Shown: positions 27,895 through 38,114 of the stretch, piece by piece | Numbering within the stretch: the stretch's first letter is position 1 | How the letters are laid out: every line of letters begins with the position of its first letter | Origin: a bacterium | GTDB taxonomy: Bacteria; Patescibacteriota; Andersenbacteria; UBA10190; CAIZMI01 | DNA length: 64,000 nt | Direction of reading: 5' to 3' | NCBI GenBank assembly: GCA_030647555.1 | Contig: JAUSJG010000007.1 | Span: forward strand, 106,181 to 170,180 | Program-made: the position numbers and the translations under genes | The notes under the pieces: generated by a model | The model's database searches: none | Told to the model about the DNA's origin: nothing | What the model saw: only the letters and a program-made list of their open reading frames with translations

Positions 27895-28314
27895 ATGATG
27901 GCTCTCTCCCACACAATAGTCAGTGCCGCTATCGGCGATAAAATTTCCAATCCCGCGCTTTCTTTCATTCTCGCTTTTGGCATGCATTTTGTCTGTGATT
28001 CCTTTTTGCATTGGAATTTTTATCCGCACAAACATAAACCCATCGTTTTACTGGCGCTGGGCGATATGTTTTCGGGGATTATTCTTTCTTATTTCCTGCT
28101 CGGCGCAAATTTTTGGCACTGGTCGGTTTTGTTTGCCATCGTGGGTGGCTTACTGCCGGACATCATTTCCTTTGGTGCTTATCTGCTTAAAATCCGCATT
28201 CCTTATTTCACAAAATTTCACGACGGCTTGCAACATGAAACAGAAATTGTTTGGAAAGGATTAATCAGCCAGGTGATAGTTATCGCAATCGCATTTTTAA
28301 TCATCGGTTCCTAA
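27895..28314 (+). CDS. Small membrane protein, metal-dependent hydrolase-like
   Basis: SH, HFVCDSFLHW, LPD and FH..LQ motifs in four TM segments; TATAAT-6nt-ATG. Confidence 0.75.
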   Translation: MMALSHTIVSAAIGDKISNPALSFILAFGMHFVCDSFLHWNFYPHKHKPIVLLALGDMFSGIILSYFLLGANFWHWSVLFAIVGGLLPDIISFGAYLLKIRIPYFTKFHDGLQHETEIVWKGLISQVIVIAIAFLIIGS

Positions 28315-28355
28315 TAAATTGAATCAAGGTCGAATTATACGAGAAAACTACTATT

Positions 28356-28438
28356 ATCCATATACAATATACCAAATACTATATACAAATCTAAATAATG
28401 AAACAGAAAGGAATTTAGAGGTTGTTATAGGAAACTAC
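28356..28438 (-). repeat. Repeat family A, copy 4
   Basis: Matches the reverse complement of 2638-2726; just 3' of the AI-2E gene. Confidence 0.85.
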
Positions 28439-28450
28439 TCCCTGCCCCCC

Positions 28451-29497
28451 CTACGCCGAAAGCTCTTCTTCTTTTTCGCTTGGCAACAGATCTGTAATGA
28501 ACAACGAAATAATTGTTGCGATTGGTACGGCAAGCACCACGCCGACAATCCCGGCTAATTTGGCACCAACCAAGACGGCCAAAATTGTCGTGAGTGGATT
28601 CAAACCAACCGCGCGACGCATAATGTTTGGCACCAGCACATTTGATTCAATTTGCTGAATAATTAAAAACATCACAATCACAATTAAACCTACGAGCCAC
28701 GAATTTGTAAACCCGAGCAAAACCGCGGGTATCGCCGATATTGTAGGACCAATTACCGGAACAAACTCCGCGAAAAACGTTAATAAAGCGATAGCCAGCG
28801 CGTATGGAACACCCAGGGCCCACAAACTAATAAACACCATTATTCCCATAATCAAGCCTAAAACCATTTGCGCCAAAAGCCAGTGGCCGATTTTTTGTTG
28901 TGCTTTTTTAATTATTCTTACGGTATACGGACGATGCTCCAGTGGAACGACAGAACACACAAACGCGTATAAACTGTCCCGCGAAATCACCAGATAAAAA
29001 GAAATTACAAACGTCAGCAAGATCGAGAAAATACTGCCAAAAACAGTTTTCGTAGTTACAATAATTCCATTCGACGTTTGTCCGAGAAACTGACCGACAT
29101 CCAATAACCCTTTTTGGAGAGACGGAACAAAATCTGTCGCCCCAAACGCAACACCCGCCCGCCCAAGCATCGACATTAATTGTTCATAAATGGCCGGAAG
29201 ATTTTCGGTTAATGCCTGAATTTCAGCGATCAGCGGTGGGACAAGAATAGTAATCGTGATAACTATCAACGATACAAAAAAAGCATAGGCTGTCAATACC
29301 GAAATAGCCCGCGGAATTCGAAACCGCTGAAGTCGCGTGGCAAGAGGTTCCAGTGCCGACGCAATCAAAACCGCCACCAACAAAATAAGCAAAAGATCTC
29401 GAATAAACCACAAGAACCAAATCGTCAGTACAAAAAACAATAATCGAAAAAGCGTCTTTGCGGAAATATCGATTGTCATAAAATTTTGTGTGCTCAT
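28451..29497 (-). CDS. AI-2E family transporter
   Basis: EFVPVIGP, QQIESNVLVP.IM, GLNP, G..G..LAVP. Confidence 0.92.
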   Translation of the reverse strand: MSTQNFMTIDISAKTLFRLLFFVLTIWFLWFIRDLLLILLVAVLIASALEPLATRLQRFRIPRAISVLTAYAFFVSLIVITITILVPPLIAEIQALTENLPAIYEQLMSMLGRAGVAFGATDFVPSLQKGLLDVGQFLGQTSNGIIVTTKTVFGSIFSILLTFVISFYLVISRDSLYAFVCSVVPLEHRPYTVRIIKKAQQKIGHWLLAQMVLGLIMGIMVFISLWALGVPYALAIALLTFFAEFVPVIGPTISAIPAVLLGFTNSWLVGLIVIVMFLIIQQIESNVLVPNIMRRAVGLNPLTTILAVLVGAKLAGIVGVVLAVPIATIISLFITDLLPSEKEEELSA

Positions 29498-30783
29498 ACT
29501 TCTTTGGTTAGTAATTTATTTAACTCATTTTTTGTGTCGTTTGGCATAATGGCGGCAATACGCAGATATTCCGACGCGAGATATTTTTTAGCGACACGCT
29601 GAATATCGGCCGGTGTTACCGCGTCAAAACTCTTAAACACGTCTTCTAATGACAAAATACGTCCGGTCAGTGTCTCTTGTCCACCAACAAACTGCGCTAC
29701 CGCATTCGTCGACTCAAGACGAATTAAGAGGTGCCCCTTGATATTTTCTTTGGCTTTTTTAAGTTCAATGACACCAACCGGCACTTCGCGAATTTTTTTG
29801 TATTCTTTCAAAATAACCGACAGGGCTTTTTCAACATTGCTCGGATCAACACCAATTTGCGTCGCAACATAACCGGTATCGATAAAGTGTTCAGCCGCGG
29901 TATGCACGGAATACGCTAATCCACGCCTTTCTCGTACCTCAATAAAAAGACGGCTGGACATACTGCCCCCAAGAATTGTACCCAGCAAATCGACAGCACA
30001 ACGATCATTATCCGTTAAGGAGGTTCCACGTCCACCGACAATCACGTGTGCTTGATCCGTTTTCTTTACTTTCAAAGAAACCAAGTCTGTTCCCCAGACA
30101 CCATCAAACTCCCTGGTTTTTACCGGTGTTTGTTTTGGTAGCCCACTAAATTGCTTTTTCAGCATTGCCAAGGCTTTCCCTGGTTCAATATTTCCCGCGA
30201 TACAAACGACCATGTTCGGTGCGCCGTATTGTTGATTGCGATATTTCACAATGCGTTTTTTGGTAATCGTACTGATAATTTCTTTTGTTCCGATAATTTT
30301 CCTGGCCAAATCATGTTCTCCAAATAATTGCTGCTCAAATTGCTCCCCGATGGAATCCTGCGGTGAATCTTCATACATATTCATTTCTTCGATAACAACA
30401 CCCCGTTCGCGATCAATTTCTTTTTGCTGAAACAACGGATTGATCAACATATCACCAATAACATCCAATAATAATTTTGTATGCTTGGCGGATGCCTTGG
30501 CGTAAAATGCTGTCATCTCTTTCGAGGTAAAAGCATTAAACTCCCCACCCACTTCATCTAACGCTTCGGAAATAATCAGTGTTGTTGGTCTTTTTTTCGA
30601 ACCCTTAAAAAACAAGTGCTCAAGAAAATGTGAGACACCCGATTCCTCTGCGTCTTCATAACGCGAACCGGTAGCCACAAATGCCATCACCGTCACTGTT
30701 CCCGTCCCCTTCATTGGGAGAGCTAATAATCTTAATCCTGATGGTGCTACGGCACGATGAATGTCAAATAATGAATGGTTCAT
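29494..30783 (-). CDS. M16 family zinc peptidase (pitrilysin/insulinase)
   Basis: GSRYE, SHFLEHLFFKG (HxxEH), NAFTS, SSRLF.EVRE.RGLAY. Confidence 0.95.
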   Translation of the reverse strand: MNHSLFDIHRAVAPSGLRLLALPMKGTGTVTVMAFVATGSRYEDAEESGVSHFLEHLFFKGSKKRPTTLIISEALDEVGGEFNAFTSKEMTAFYAKASAKHTKLLLDVIGDMLINPLFQQKEIDRERGVVIEEMNMYEDSPQDSIGEQFEQQLFGEHDLARKIIGTKEIISTITKKRIVKYRNQQYGAPNMVVCIAGNIEPGKALAMLKKQFSGLPKQTPVKTREFDGVWGTDLVSLKVKKTDQAHVIVGGRGTSLTDNDRCAVDLLGTILGGSMSSRLFIEVRERRGLAYSVHTAAEHFIDTGYVATQIGVDPSNVEKALSVILKEYKKIREVPVGVIELKKAKENIKGHLLIRLESTNAVAQFVGGQETLTGRILSLEDVFKSFDAVTPADIQRVAKKYLASEYLRIAAIMPNDTKNELNKLLTKEV

Positions 30784-32156
30784 AGAGTTTCTGAAAATTG
30801 ATCAGTAAAAAAGGAGTTAAGCTCCGTAATCGATACGCGTTTTTGTTCCATCGAATCACGCTCTCTAACTGTGACAGATTGATCATTCAAGGAATCATGA
30901 TCGACGGTGATACAGAATGGAGTACCGATTTCGTCTTGGCGACGATAGCGTCTGCCAATGGATCCACTCTCATCAAACTGTACACGGAATGACCCCCGCA
31001 ACGCTGTGGCAATCTCCCTTGCTTTTTTTACAAGGTCATCATTGTTAGAAAGTAGTGGGAAAATGGCCACCTGAACCGGTGCCAATACTTTAGGCAAACG
31101 CAATACCAATCGTTGTTCTCCATCCTTATTTTCTTCACAGAGCGCGTTACTTAAAATCGCCAGTGTCACACGATCGGCACCAACCGACGTCTCAATAATC
31201 CATGGCAGATATTTTTCTTTGGTTTCTTCATCAAAGAAAGACAAGTCTTTGCCGGAAAATTCACTGTGGCGTTTCAAATCCCAATCACCACGATTATGAA
31301 TCCCTTCGATTTCTTTCCAGCCAAAGGGCATTTTATATTCGATATCAAAAGCAGCTTTAGCATAGTGCGCCAGTTCACCCTTGCCGTGTTCGTGAAAACG
31401 CAACATCTTTTCGTCAAACCCCAAACTCGCGTACCATTTCGACCGTTCAGTTTTCCAAAATTCAAACACTTTATCGGCGTCTGCCGGCTTAACAAAATAT
31501 TGCATTTCCATTTGTTCAAATTCCACCGTGCGGAAGGTGAAATTACCAGGCGTCACTTCATTGCGAAAAGCCTTACCAATTTGCGCAATACCAAATGGCA
31601 CCTTCAAGCGCATCGCATTGGCAACCAATTGCGCGTTAACGTAAATTCCTTGCGCCGTTTCCGGACGCAGATAAACAGTGCTTCCTTCGTTTTCAACAGC
31701 ACCCAAATTAGTAGTGAACATTAAATTGAACTGCCTTGGAGTGGTAAATTTGTTTTTTGCACCGCAACCGGGGCAACCTTTTGTGTTTACCGCCACCAAT
31801 ACGGCATCTGCATCATCTTTAATCGGCAAATATTTATCATCTCCTAAAAGATGATCTACACGAAAACGTTTGTGACACTGCTGGCATTCCACCAGCGGAT
31901 CCGTAAAATTACTCACGTGCCCGGAAGCTTCCCAAACTTTTGGATGCATCATGATGGCCGCGTCGAGCCCAACAATGTTATCAAAACCCTGCGTCATCGT
32001 CTTCCACCAATGGGCTTTTATATTATTCTTTAAGGCGACACCTAGAGGTCCATAATCGTAGGATGCCGCGGCGCCACCATAAATTTCGGAGGATTGAAAG
32101 ATGAAACCACGCCGTTTCGCGAGGGAAATAATTTGATCTAATGAAGTAGCGGGCAT
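30780..32156 (-). CDS. glyQS: Glycine--tRNA ligase, homodimeric type
   Basis: YDYGPLG, WEASGH, LRPETAQG, GKAFRNE, EFEQME, GSIGRRYRRQDEIGTP. Confidence 0.97.
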   Translation of the reverse strand: MPATSLDQIISLAKRRGFIFQSSEIYGGAAASYDYGPLGVALKNNIKAHWWKTMTQGFDNIVGLDAAIMMHPKVWEASGHVSNFTDPLVECQQCHKRFRVDHLLGDDKYLPIKDDADAVLVAVNTKGCPGCGAKNKFTTPRQFNLMFTTNLGAVENEGSTVYLRPETAQGIYVNAQLVANAMRLKVPFGIAQIGKAFRNEVTPGNFTFRTVEFEQMEMQYFVKPADADKVFEFWKTERSKWYASLGFDEKMLRFHEHGKGELAHYAKAAFDIEYKMPFGWKEIEGIHNRGDWDLKRHSEFSGKDLSFFDEETKEKYLPWIIETSVGADRVTLAILSNALCEENKDGEQRLVLRLPKVLAPVQVAIFPLLSNNDDLVKKAREIATALRGSFRVQFDESGSIGRRYRRQDEIGTPFCITVDHDSLNDQSVTVRERDSMEQKRVSITELNSFFTDQFSETL

Positions 32157-32296
32157 CCCAGTATATCAACTTTCAATTTGAACGAATTCGATTCGTTCAA
32201 AAATTACTCTTATCAAAGCTAAATTTTTTTCATTTTTCATGATGTTTATCGGCATAAAAGTGAGATCTAAAAATTGAAAGTTGTATTACTGGGCAT
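32153..32296 (-). mobile_element. Start-codon-associated TIR element, copy 2 (glyQS)
   Basis: Minus strand ATGC-CCAGTAATACAACTTTCAATTT ... TTGAACGAAT/ATTCGTTCAA ... AAATTGAAAGTTGATATACTGGG-ATGC. Confidence 0.8.
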
Positions 32297-32367
32297 GTAA
32301 CGTATAGTATGGATTTTTCTCTCTTTGGTCAAAGCGGAGTATTCAACATGTTTCACCAAAACAATTT

Positions 32368-32422
32368 GGGGCAATTCCAGCCGTCGCTAAAGCTATGGCC
32401 GGCAGGCATGAATTGCCCCTAC
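32368..32422. repeat. GTAG REP with one 30-bp micro-element insert (32377-32406)
   Basis: GGGGCAATT[CCAGCCGTCGCTAAAGCTATGGCCGGCAGG]CATGAATTGCCCCTAC. Confidence 0.85.
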
Positions 32423-32491
32423 ACGAACGGGGGATTGATGCCCCTAGCGAGGGGCATCAAAAAAACCGCTTGTCTTTTGGAGACTAAGCGG

Positions 32492-33166
32492 TTATACCTT
32501 CTCGGAAACGATCTCGCGCCGGTGGGCACCCAAAACAATTCTCGGACCAGCAGGTTCGACACCGTGCAGACCAAGTCCGGCTTCGACCAAGGCGGGAATG
32601 ATAATCTGTTCCGTAAGCGGACGCTGGATGCAACGAAACGGCTTTCCTGTAAGTGCGCTTTGCACCTCCGCCGCCTCATGATATGCGTAAAAATGCGCTG
32701 TGCTCGCTCCTGCCATTATCCAATGGGAAGCGCTATCCGAAGATTGTCTAGCCAGCCAGGCGGGTTCCAGGTGCAGTGCGGCAGAAACGATATGTTCGAC
32801 CATTCTGCTCAACACAGCCTCGGGGCTATTGTCAGCCACTTTTCTTCCACAGTGGAAAAGTGCGTCATCCAAATTTTCCCCAACTGCCACAAAGGCTTCG
32901 CAACTTTCACTTACACGAGACCATTCTACGACGCCATCCAGAACAACCAGTAAACCTTGCTCGTTCGTGGGTTTTACCTCCCTGATCACGCTTTGGACAA
33001 CCAAACAAGCAATCCGAACAAGCAGATTAGCAGCGACACCTGAATTACACTCGGTCGCTTTGTGCATTAGTGGTTCCAAAAGCGCTCGTGCTTCCGTACG
33101 CACTCGTTGGTCTAATTGACTGTCCCAATTGCGTCGCGACCTGGACAAAACTGGTGTTGAACTCAA
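32492..33166 (-). CDS. Hypothetical orphan protein
   Basis: 224-aa ORF, TTG start after GGAAGG, TTGACA-16-TATACT upstream, terminator downstream. Confidence 0.65.
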   Translation of the reverse strand: MSSTPVLSRSRRNWDSQLDQRVRTEARALLEPLMHKATECNSGVAANLLVRIACLVVQSVIREVKPTNEQGLLVVLDGVVEWSRVSESCEAFVAVGENLDDALFHCGRKVADNSPEAVLSRMVEHIVSAALHLEPAWLARQSSDSASHWIMAGASTAHFYAYHEAAEVQSALTGKPFRCIQRPLTEQIIIPALVEAGLGLHGVEPAGPRIVLGAHRREIVSEKV

Positions 33167-33285
33167 TTTCCTTCCCCCGTAAAAAAGAGCATCCGTTCAA
33201 ACAACAAGAAAATTCAGTAACTGAATAGTATACACATATTTAAGTTTGTGTCAAGCGACTTTATTAAATTTCTAATAATTTAAAT

Positions 33286-33798
33286 TTACTTCAGCCTGCC
33301 CGAACCACCGGCACGACGATACATTTCACTCATACCTCTCCTGGTATTCTCCAACTTTCTCCGCGCTTCCTTTACCTGTCTCTCGGAAGCCCCATTATTC
33401 TGCATTTTATCTATATGATCTTCCTGCTCTTTCGCAATTTTTGAGTAACTACTTCGCATCTGATGACGCAATTTGGCACCCCGTTGATGTTCAATATTAG
33501 AACTTCCTGCATTTCTGATACTTTCAATCGTTCCCCTCAATTTATCATCAATTTTCCTCATATGTTCGCTATCTAGTCGCATATCTCTTGTGCGACGGGC
33601 TACCTCATCCAACCCAGTATCTAACCGCTCCGCCTTTTTTATCGCACGCGGATTACTAGTTTCACTTTCTTGATCGTGACCAACGTTCTCTTTTCTACCA
33701 ACAAAAAGATCACCATCAGCCTTATTACGGTTAATTTCCTCCTCGGGATCATCCCCTTTCCCTTTATTACCACCAAAAATTAAATCAAATAATCCCAT
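33286..33798 (-). CDS. Hypothetical charged coiled-coil protein
   Basis: 170-aa ORF; TAAAAT-6nt-ATG start. Confidence 0.75.
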   Translation of the reverse strand: MGLFDLIFGGNKGKGDDPEEEINRNKADGDLFVGRKENVGHDQESETSNPRAIKKAERLDTGLDEVARRTRDMRLDSEHMRKIDDKLRGTIESIRNAGSSNIEHQRGAKLRHQMRSSYSKIAKEQEDHIDKMQNNGASERQVKEARRKLENTRRGMSEMYRRAGGSGRLK

Positions 33799-33839
33799 GC
33801 GTCTATTTTATACCCACTGATTATTAATGTGAAGTGGTG

Positions 33840-34982
33840 TTAAGCACTTACAATTATTTCCCGAATTTTCCGCATCATTTCAAGAAAAAACCAAAGATTA
33901 TTAATTGTCGCCAATTGCAACGCCATTGGCTCCGACGCCTGAAACAAATGACGCAAGTAAGAATGATTTACCCCTTCCAACTGCGAACAATAGGGATTTA
34001 TCGGACGAGTGTCGACAATAAATTGACTATTGCGAATATGAATCTTTCGATAAAGTTTTTCAGCATCAACCGGTTCATTTAGCGGTCGCAAAAGAATCTC
34101 GCGCAGATAATCGATATTCAAGTCCTGATAAAGCGTGCCATGCCTGGCATTGCGCGTCGGCAGAACACAATCAAACATATCCACCCCACGACGCACCGCT
34201 TCCACAATATTTTCCGGTTCGCCGACACCCATTAAGTACCGCGGTTTTTCCATATCCAAAAATGGCAACGTCACATCCAGTGTTTGGTACATTTCAACAG
34301 CTTCTTCACCAACAGAAAGCCCACCAATGGCATAACCGTCAAAACCGATACCCATTAAATCCTCCGCCGATTTTTTTCGCAGTGTTGCATCCGTTCCACC
34401 TTGAACAATCCCAAAAAGTAACGGCTGAACACCATCATTTTTCTTAAGACCGACAAAGCGATCCTTGGCCCGCTTTGCCCAGTCGGTTGTTCTGCGCATC
34501 GCCTGTTCAATCACCGCCTTCTCTCCCGGCAGAGCGCACACCTCATCCAGCACCATTGAGATATCGGATCCAAACTCAAATTGCGCGTCAACCACCGATT
34601 CCGGTGTTAACTTAATTTCCGCACCATCAACTATAGAACGGAATATAACACCTTCATCCGAAATAACTCTCTTGGCGGCCAAACTAAAGACCTGAAAACC
34701 GCCACTGTCGGTTAAAAAAGGTTTCTTCCAGCCAGTAAACTTATTTAGTCCGCCGTTTTTTTCAATCACATCCACACCGGGTCGCACCACCAAATGATAC
34801 GTATTCGACAACGCAATCTGGGCTCCCAATTGTTCTAAAGCCAAAAAAGACGCTACCCGCACAGCACCGCGAGTGGCAATAGGCATAAAAGCGGGTGTTT
34901 CAACCTTTCCGTGCGGTAGGTTTATCAAACCGGCGCGCAACAACGCACGTTTATTTTGGATGAGAAAACTTCTTTCCGTCAC
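33840..34982 (-). CDS. tgt: tRNA-guanine transglycosylase
   Basis: TPAFMP, NTYHL, TDSGGFQVFSL, GIVQGG, GGLSVGE, PRYLMGVG, DMFDCVLPTRNARHG. Confidence 0.96.
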   Translation of the reverse strand: MTERSFLIQNKRALLRAGLINLPHGKVETPAFMPIATRGAVRVASFLALEQLGAQIALSNTYHLVVRPGVDVIEKNGGLNKFTGWKKPFLTDSGGFQVFSLAAKRVISDEGVIFRSIVDGAEIKLTPESVVDAQFEFGSDISMVLDEVCALPGEKAVIEQAMRRTTDWAKRAKDRFVGLKKNDGVQPLLFGIVQGGTDATLRKKSAEDLMGIGFDGYAIGGLSVGEEAVEMYQTLDVTLPFLDMEKPRYLMGVGEPENIVEAVRRGVDMFDCVLPTRNARHGTLYQDLNIDYLREILLRPLNEPVDAEKLYRKIHIRNSQFIVDTRPINPYCSQLEGVNHSYLRHLFQASEPMALQLATINNLWFFLEMMRKIREIIVSA

Positions 34983-35255
34983 GGTATAACACTTTACCTC
35001 AATCGAATTCCACTTGTCGAATCAACACATTTGGGGTTGAAAAATAATCCATCATAAATCGAAACCATTGCCTACGAAGGGCTTGGTAATTAATAAACGC
35101 TCCATATTATGTCCAATCCATCTCCAAATACAACTGCTTCTCAATCAAAAACCTTTCAACGTACGTACAGTACGTTTCAAGTTTTTTTCAATCAAAGACA
35201 GCTGTCTTTGAAGCGCATTGAACATAATATTGGAGCGTTTATTAATTACCAAGCC

Positions 35256-35477
35256 CTATCGTGTAATAATCTTGTCACGAATATCCCAGAGTAAGAGAGT
35301 AACCGAAAAAATCATCGTGATTACGAAGAACTCTGTCAATCCACCAAAACCAACACCGAGCACCTCTGTCTGGTTGGTAAGACCTAATACAATACGAATC
35401 ATATAGCCCAAAACACCCAAACCCAACAGTAATTTAATTAATTGGTTTCTACGCAGATCTGTTGAAAATACTTTCAT
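35256..35477 (-). CDS. Small two-TM membrane protein
   Basis: 73-aa ORF, GGAAGGTG Shine-Dalgarno-like sequence, two hydrophobic helices. Confidence 0.6.
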   Translation of the reverse strand: MKVFSTDLRRNQLIKLLLGLGVLGYMIRIVLGLTNQTEVLGVGFGGLTEFFVITMIFSVTLLLWDIRDKIITR

Positions 35478-35513
35478 TTTTATATTTCACCTTCCTTTCT
35501 TTTTATGTTGATA

Positions 35514-37436
35514 TTATCTTACCACATCCGAAAGTGCTTCGTTGACTAGCTCCGTCGTCACTACTTCATTCACGGCATGCAAACGAGACGTGGAGAAGGA
35601 GTCCGTACCATCCAATGAACCACCCAAACACAACACCGGCTTTGATCCAACCTGATTTAAGGACGGTGTAACACCAACCTGAAAATCAAATTCGGGACCG
35701 GGCAACCCTGAACCGGAGCGCGCGGGAATGATGCCAATTAGCCACTTTATTTCTCGCGTTCTTTCATCATACGTAACATTGCCCGTTGTGGTGTATTTAT
35801 TATTTATCCAGCGAATACCTTCCGGCAAAGTAGTTCGATACACTCCGTCCGTAACATCCGATGATGTATTGGCAAGACGCACGCGAATTGTATAAATTGT
35901 TTCCGCACCAACCCGGGGTGGTTGCGGACCAACACCCGCGGGAAGACCCGTACGACCATCGTCATAATATCCCGCTAAATTAATTTTTAGCACACTATTA
36001 AGCATTATTTGGAAAACTCCGGATGAAATAATTTTTTCCCCGCCAATCGGAGTAGGGATATCGGGACTATCCGCGCTTGTTTGTGCCGTCACCGCAAAAT
36101 TCTTATCTGTTTCTTTGGTAAATGGCAAACTACTTATCGAAAGCACTCTAAAACGATAACTCATCTCCGCCGTTTCTCCGGCACGCAAGGTCTTTAAGGC
36201 AGGAACCGACGCGGCCGTCCAAGTAATACTATTCAAGCGACTATCATAAAAACCGCCTACCGATTCTACCGCCGTCGGATCCAATCCCACGCCGGAAAAA
36301 CTGGTTTTTACGATTAAATCTCGCAACCCGATATCGCCGGTGTTTTTCACTTGCACTTTCGCCTCTACGGTATCCGATGGATTCACTTTTAACGCGTCCA
36401 GTTGTTTGTTAAAAATTTGCGCCACGGTTAAAGCACGACGCGCGATGGCGGTTGTAGCCTGCACATCGTTTTGATACAGAAACGTGCCATCGGTTCCCAC
36501 AAAACCCAAAGTTGCCTTAAATGTTCGCACTACATCCGGATCACCTTGAATAGTGCCGTTAAACACAATCTCTCCCTGACTTTGTTGCGCAAGTTGCGGA
36601 AAATTCCACTCCAGATTACTGCCGGTAACCGGCGGGTTGGATTCCAATAATGTAAACCCGCTTGGCTCGGCCAAACTGATACGCACACCCAAAGCATCGG
36701 CTGTTTTTTTGTTCTGATAAATAATCTTAACTTTCATCCGTTCTCCGCTCGCTGCTTGAGGTGGCGCGATTAAACTGATTTGTACCAAACTTTCATCCAC
36801 CCCAACCGTCGCGAATTGTTTTTTTGTTTGTTTTATTTGCGGAGCATTTTCCGGCGTAAGCGTAATGTTGGCAATAAAATTCGCGGTAGTATTGGCTTTT
36901 CCAACAAGCCGTCCATCCAATAAAAACGAAGCCGACTCGCGTGGTGCCAGTCTTCCCACCCCCCATTTCAATGTTCCATCGGTTGTTTGAACTTTTGGAT
37001 CAGCTTTGTCCACAGCAAAACCTGCCGGTGCTTGAATTTCCAAAATCACGTTTTGCCAAATTACACCGCTATTATTTGTCACCTTGGCGGTCACTTTGGC
37101 ACTCTCGCCGGATGGAACGGATTCCGGACCCCCAATTACCAAACCGATAGAATTCTGATCCACAATATGGGCCTTGCGATAGGCCATTATCCCCCAAAAA
37201 GTTACACCCGCAACCAAAACTACTCCAATCACGATTCCAAGCACCAGATAGATCTTTTTTCGACGTTTACGTGCTTCCTCCTCTATGTTTGTAAGAATCG
37301 GCGGGACGGCATCCGAAAGCTGCGTGGTCGTTTCCTGCTCAACAATTTTTGGCAAAGCCTGTGAGAAACGTTCCTCACTATATCGATCCGCCCCAGGGGT
37401 CGACATCTTTGTTTTTAGGTCATCAAGAAAGGCCAT
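35514..37436 (-). CDS. Membrane-anchored surface protein with repeated Ig-like (DUF11-like) domains
   Basis: Single TM after RRKK, repeated beta-rich units with W..G.L...E motifs, GPQPPRVG.ETIY. Confidence 0.8.
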   Translation of the reverse strand: MAFLDDLKTKMSTPGADRYSEERFSQALPKIVEQETTTQLSDAVPPILTNIEEEARKRRKKIYLVLGIVIGVVLVAGVTFWGIMAYRKAHIVDQNSIGLVIGGPESVPSGESAKVTAKVTNNSGVIWQNVILEIQAPAGFAVDKADPKVQTTDGTLKWGVGRLAPRESASFLLDGRLVGKANTTANFIANITLTPENAPQIKQTKKQFATVGVDESLVQISLIAPPQAASGERMKVKIIYQNKKTADALGVRISLAEPSGFTLLESNPPVTGSNLEWNFPQLAQQSQGEIVFNGTIQGDPDVVRTFKATLGFVGTDGTFLYQNDVQATTAIARRALTVAQIFNKQLDALKVNPSDTVEAKVQVKNTGDIGLRDLIVKTSFSGVGLDPTAVESVGGFYDSRLNSITWTAASVPALKTLRAGETAEMSYRFRVLSISSLPFTKETDKNFAVTAQTSADSPDIPTPIGGEKIISSGVFQIMLNSVLKINLAGYYDDGRTGLPAGVGPQPPRVGAETIYTIRVRLANTSSDVTDGVYRTTLPEGIRWINNKYTTTGNVTYDERTREIKWLIGIIPARSGSGLPGPEFDFQVGVTPSLNQVGSKPVLCLGGSLDGTDSFSTSRLHAVNEVVTTELVNEALSDVVR

Positions 37437-37471
37437 GTGTTTGTTTGTTTTTATTCTAGCACAACCAATAA

Positions 37472-37501
37472 AAAACAGCCCAAGCGTTGCGCTTGGGCTG
37501 T
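37472..37501 (-). terminator. Intrinsic terminator of the orphan cluster
   Basis: ACAGCCCAAGCG/CGCTTGGGCTGT hairpin followed by a T-run on the minus strand. Confidence 0.75.
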
Positions 37502-37619
37502 AAGGTGCGACGATTCTTTCTTATGCGTTTGGCCCAAAATCGAGTTCGTCGCGTTCGTCCCACCATGGACCTGCTCTCAACTCGCGGTTTTTAAATAAGT
37601 GGTTTTCTCCGCTCTTTTT

Positions 37620-37955
37620 TCACTCTGGAAACTTAACACCAAAGGTCTGTTCAAGAAGTACTTTTGCTGTCTCCCTGAAAGCTGCCAAGTCGGAACCGTG
37701 AAAGTTGACCTTGTGATGACTTATTTGCGTTGGCCCTCTGGAGTGAGTTACCCAACCTTCCGAGTAGTAATCTCTTTCAGGGCCCTGAACCTCGATTCTC
37801 CACAACAATTCGTCGTGGTATTCAAGATTGCCTTGCCCATTAAGCGCTTCTTCCAGCTTCTCTGCTTCTGGAAAAATGGCTCCGATCAACGCTTGCAGAG
37901 TTTTTGCACTTACTTCATTACCAATGCTCTTAATCTGGATGATTGTGTTGTTCAT
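37620..37955 (-). CDS. Hypothetical orphan protein
   Basis: AAGGAG Shine-Dalgarno before MNNTII. Confidence 0.7.
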   Translation of the reverse strand: MNNTIIQIKSIGNEVSAKTLQALIGAIFPEAEKLEEALNGQGNLEYHDELLWRIEVQGPERDYYSEGWVTHSRGPTQISHHKVNFHGSDLAAFRETAKVLLEQTFGVKFPE

Positions 37956-38006
37956 GGTTATTCTCCTTTGTGTAGGTTTGAAAGAACACCTGTTTCGCTC
38001 TTTCGA

Positions 38007-38036
38007 CTTGCCGGCCGTAGCCTTGGCAGAGGCTGG
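38007..38036 (-). repeat. 30-bp micro-element (variant)
   Basis: Minus strand CCAGCCTCTGCCAAGGCTACGGCCGGCAAG. Confidence 0.75.
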
Positions 38037-38114
38037 ACTCATCAGCGAGGACACACATCCTCGAACAAGAAGGGAGTTTTTAGAGAACTCCCGAAACTCT
38101 TTCGACTTTTCGTT

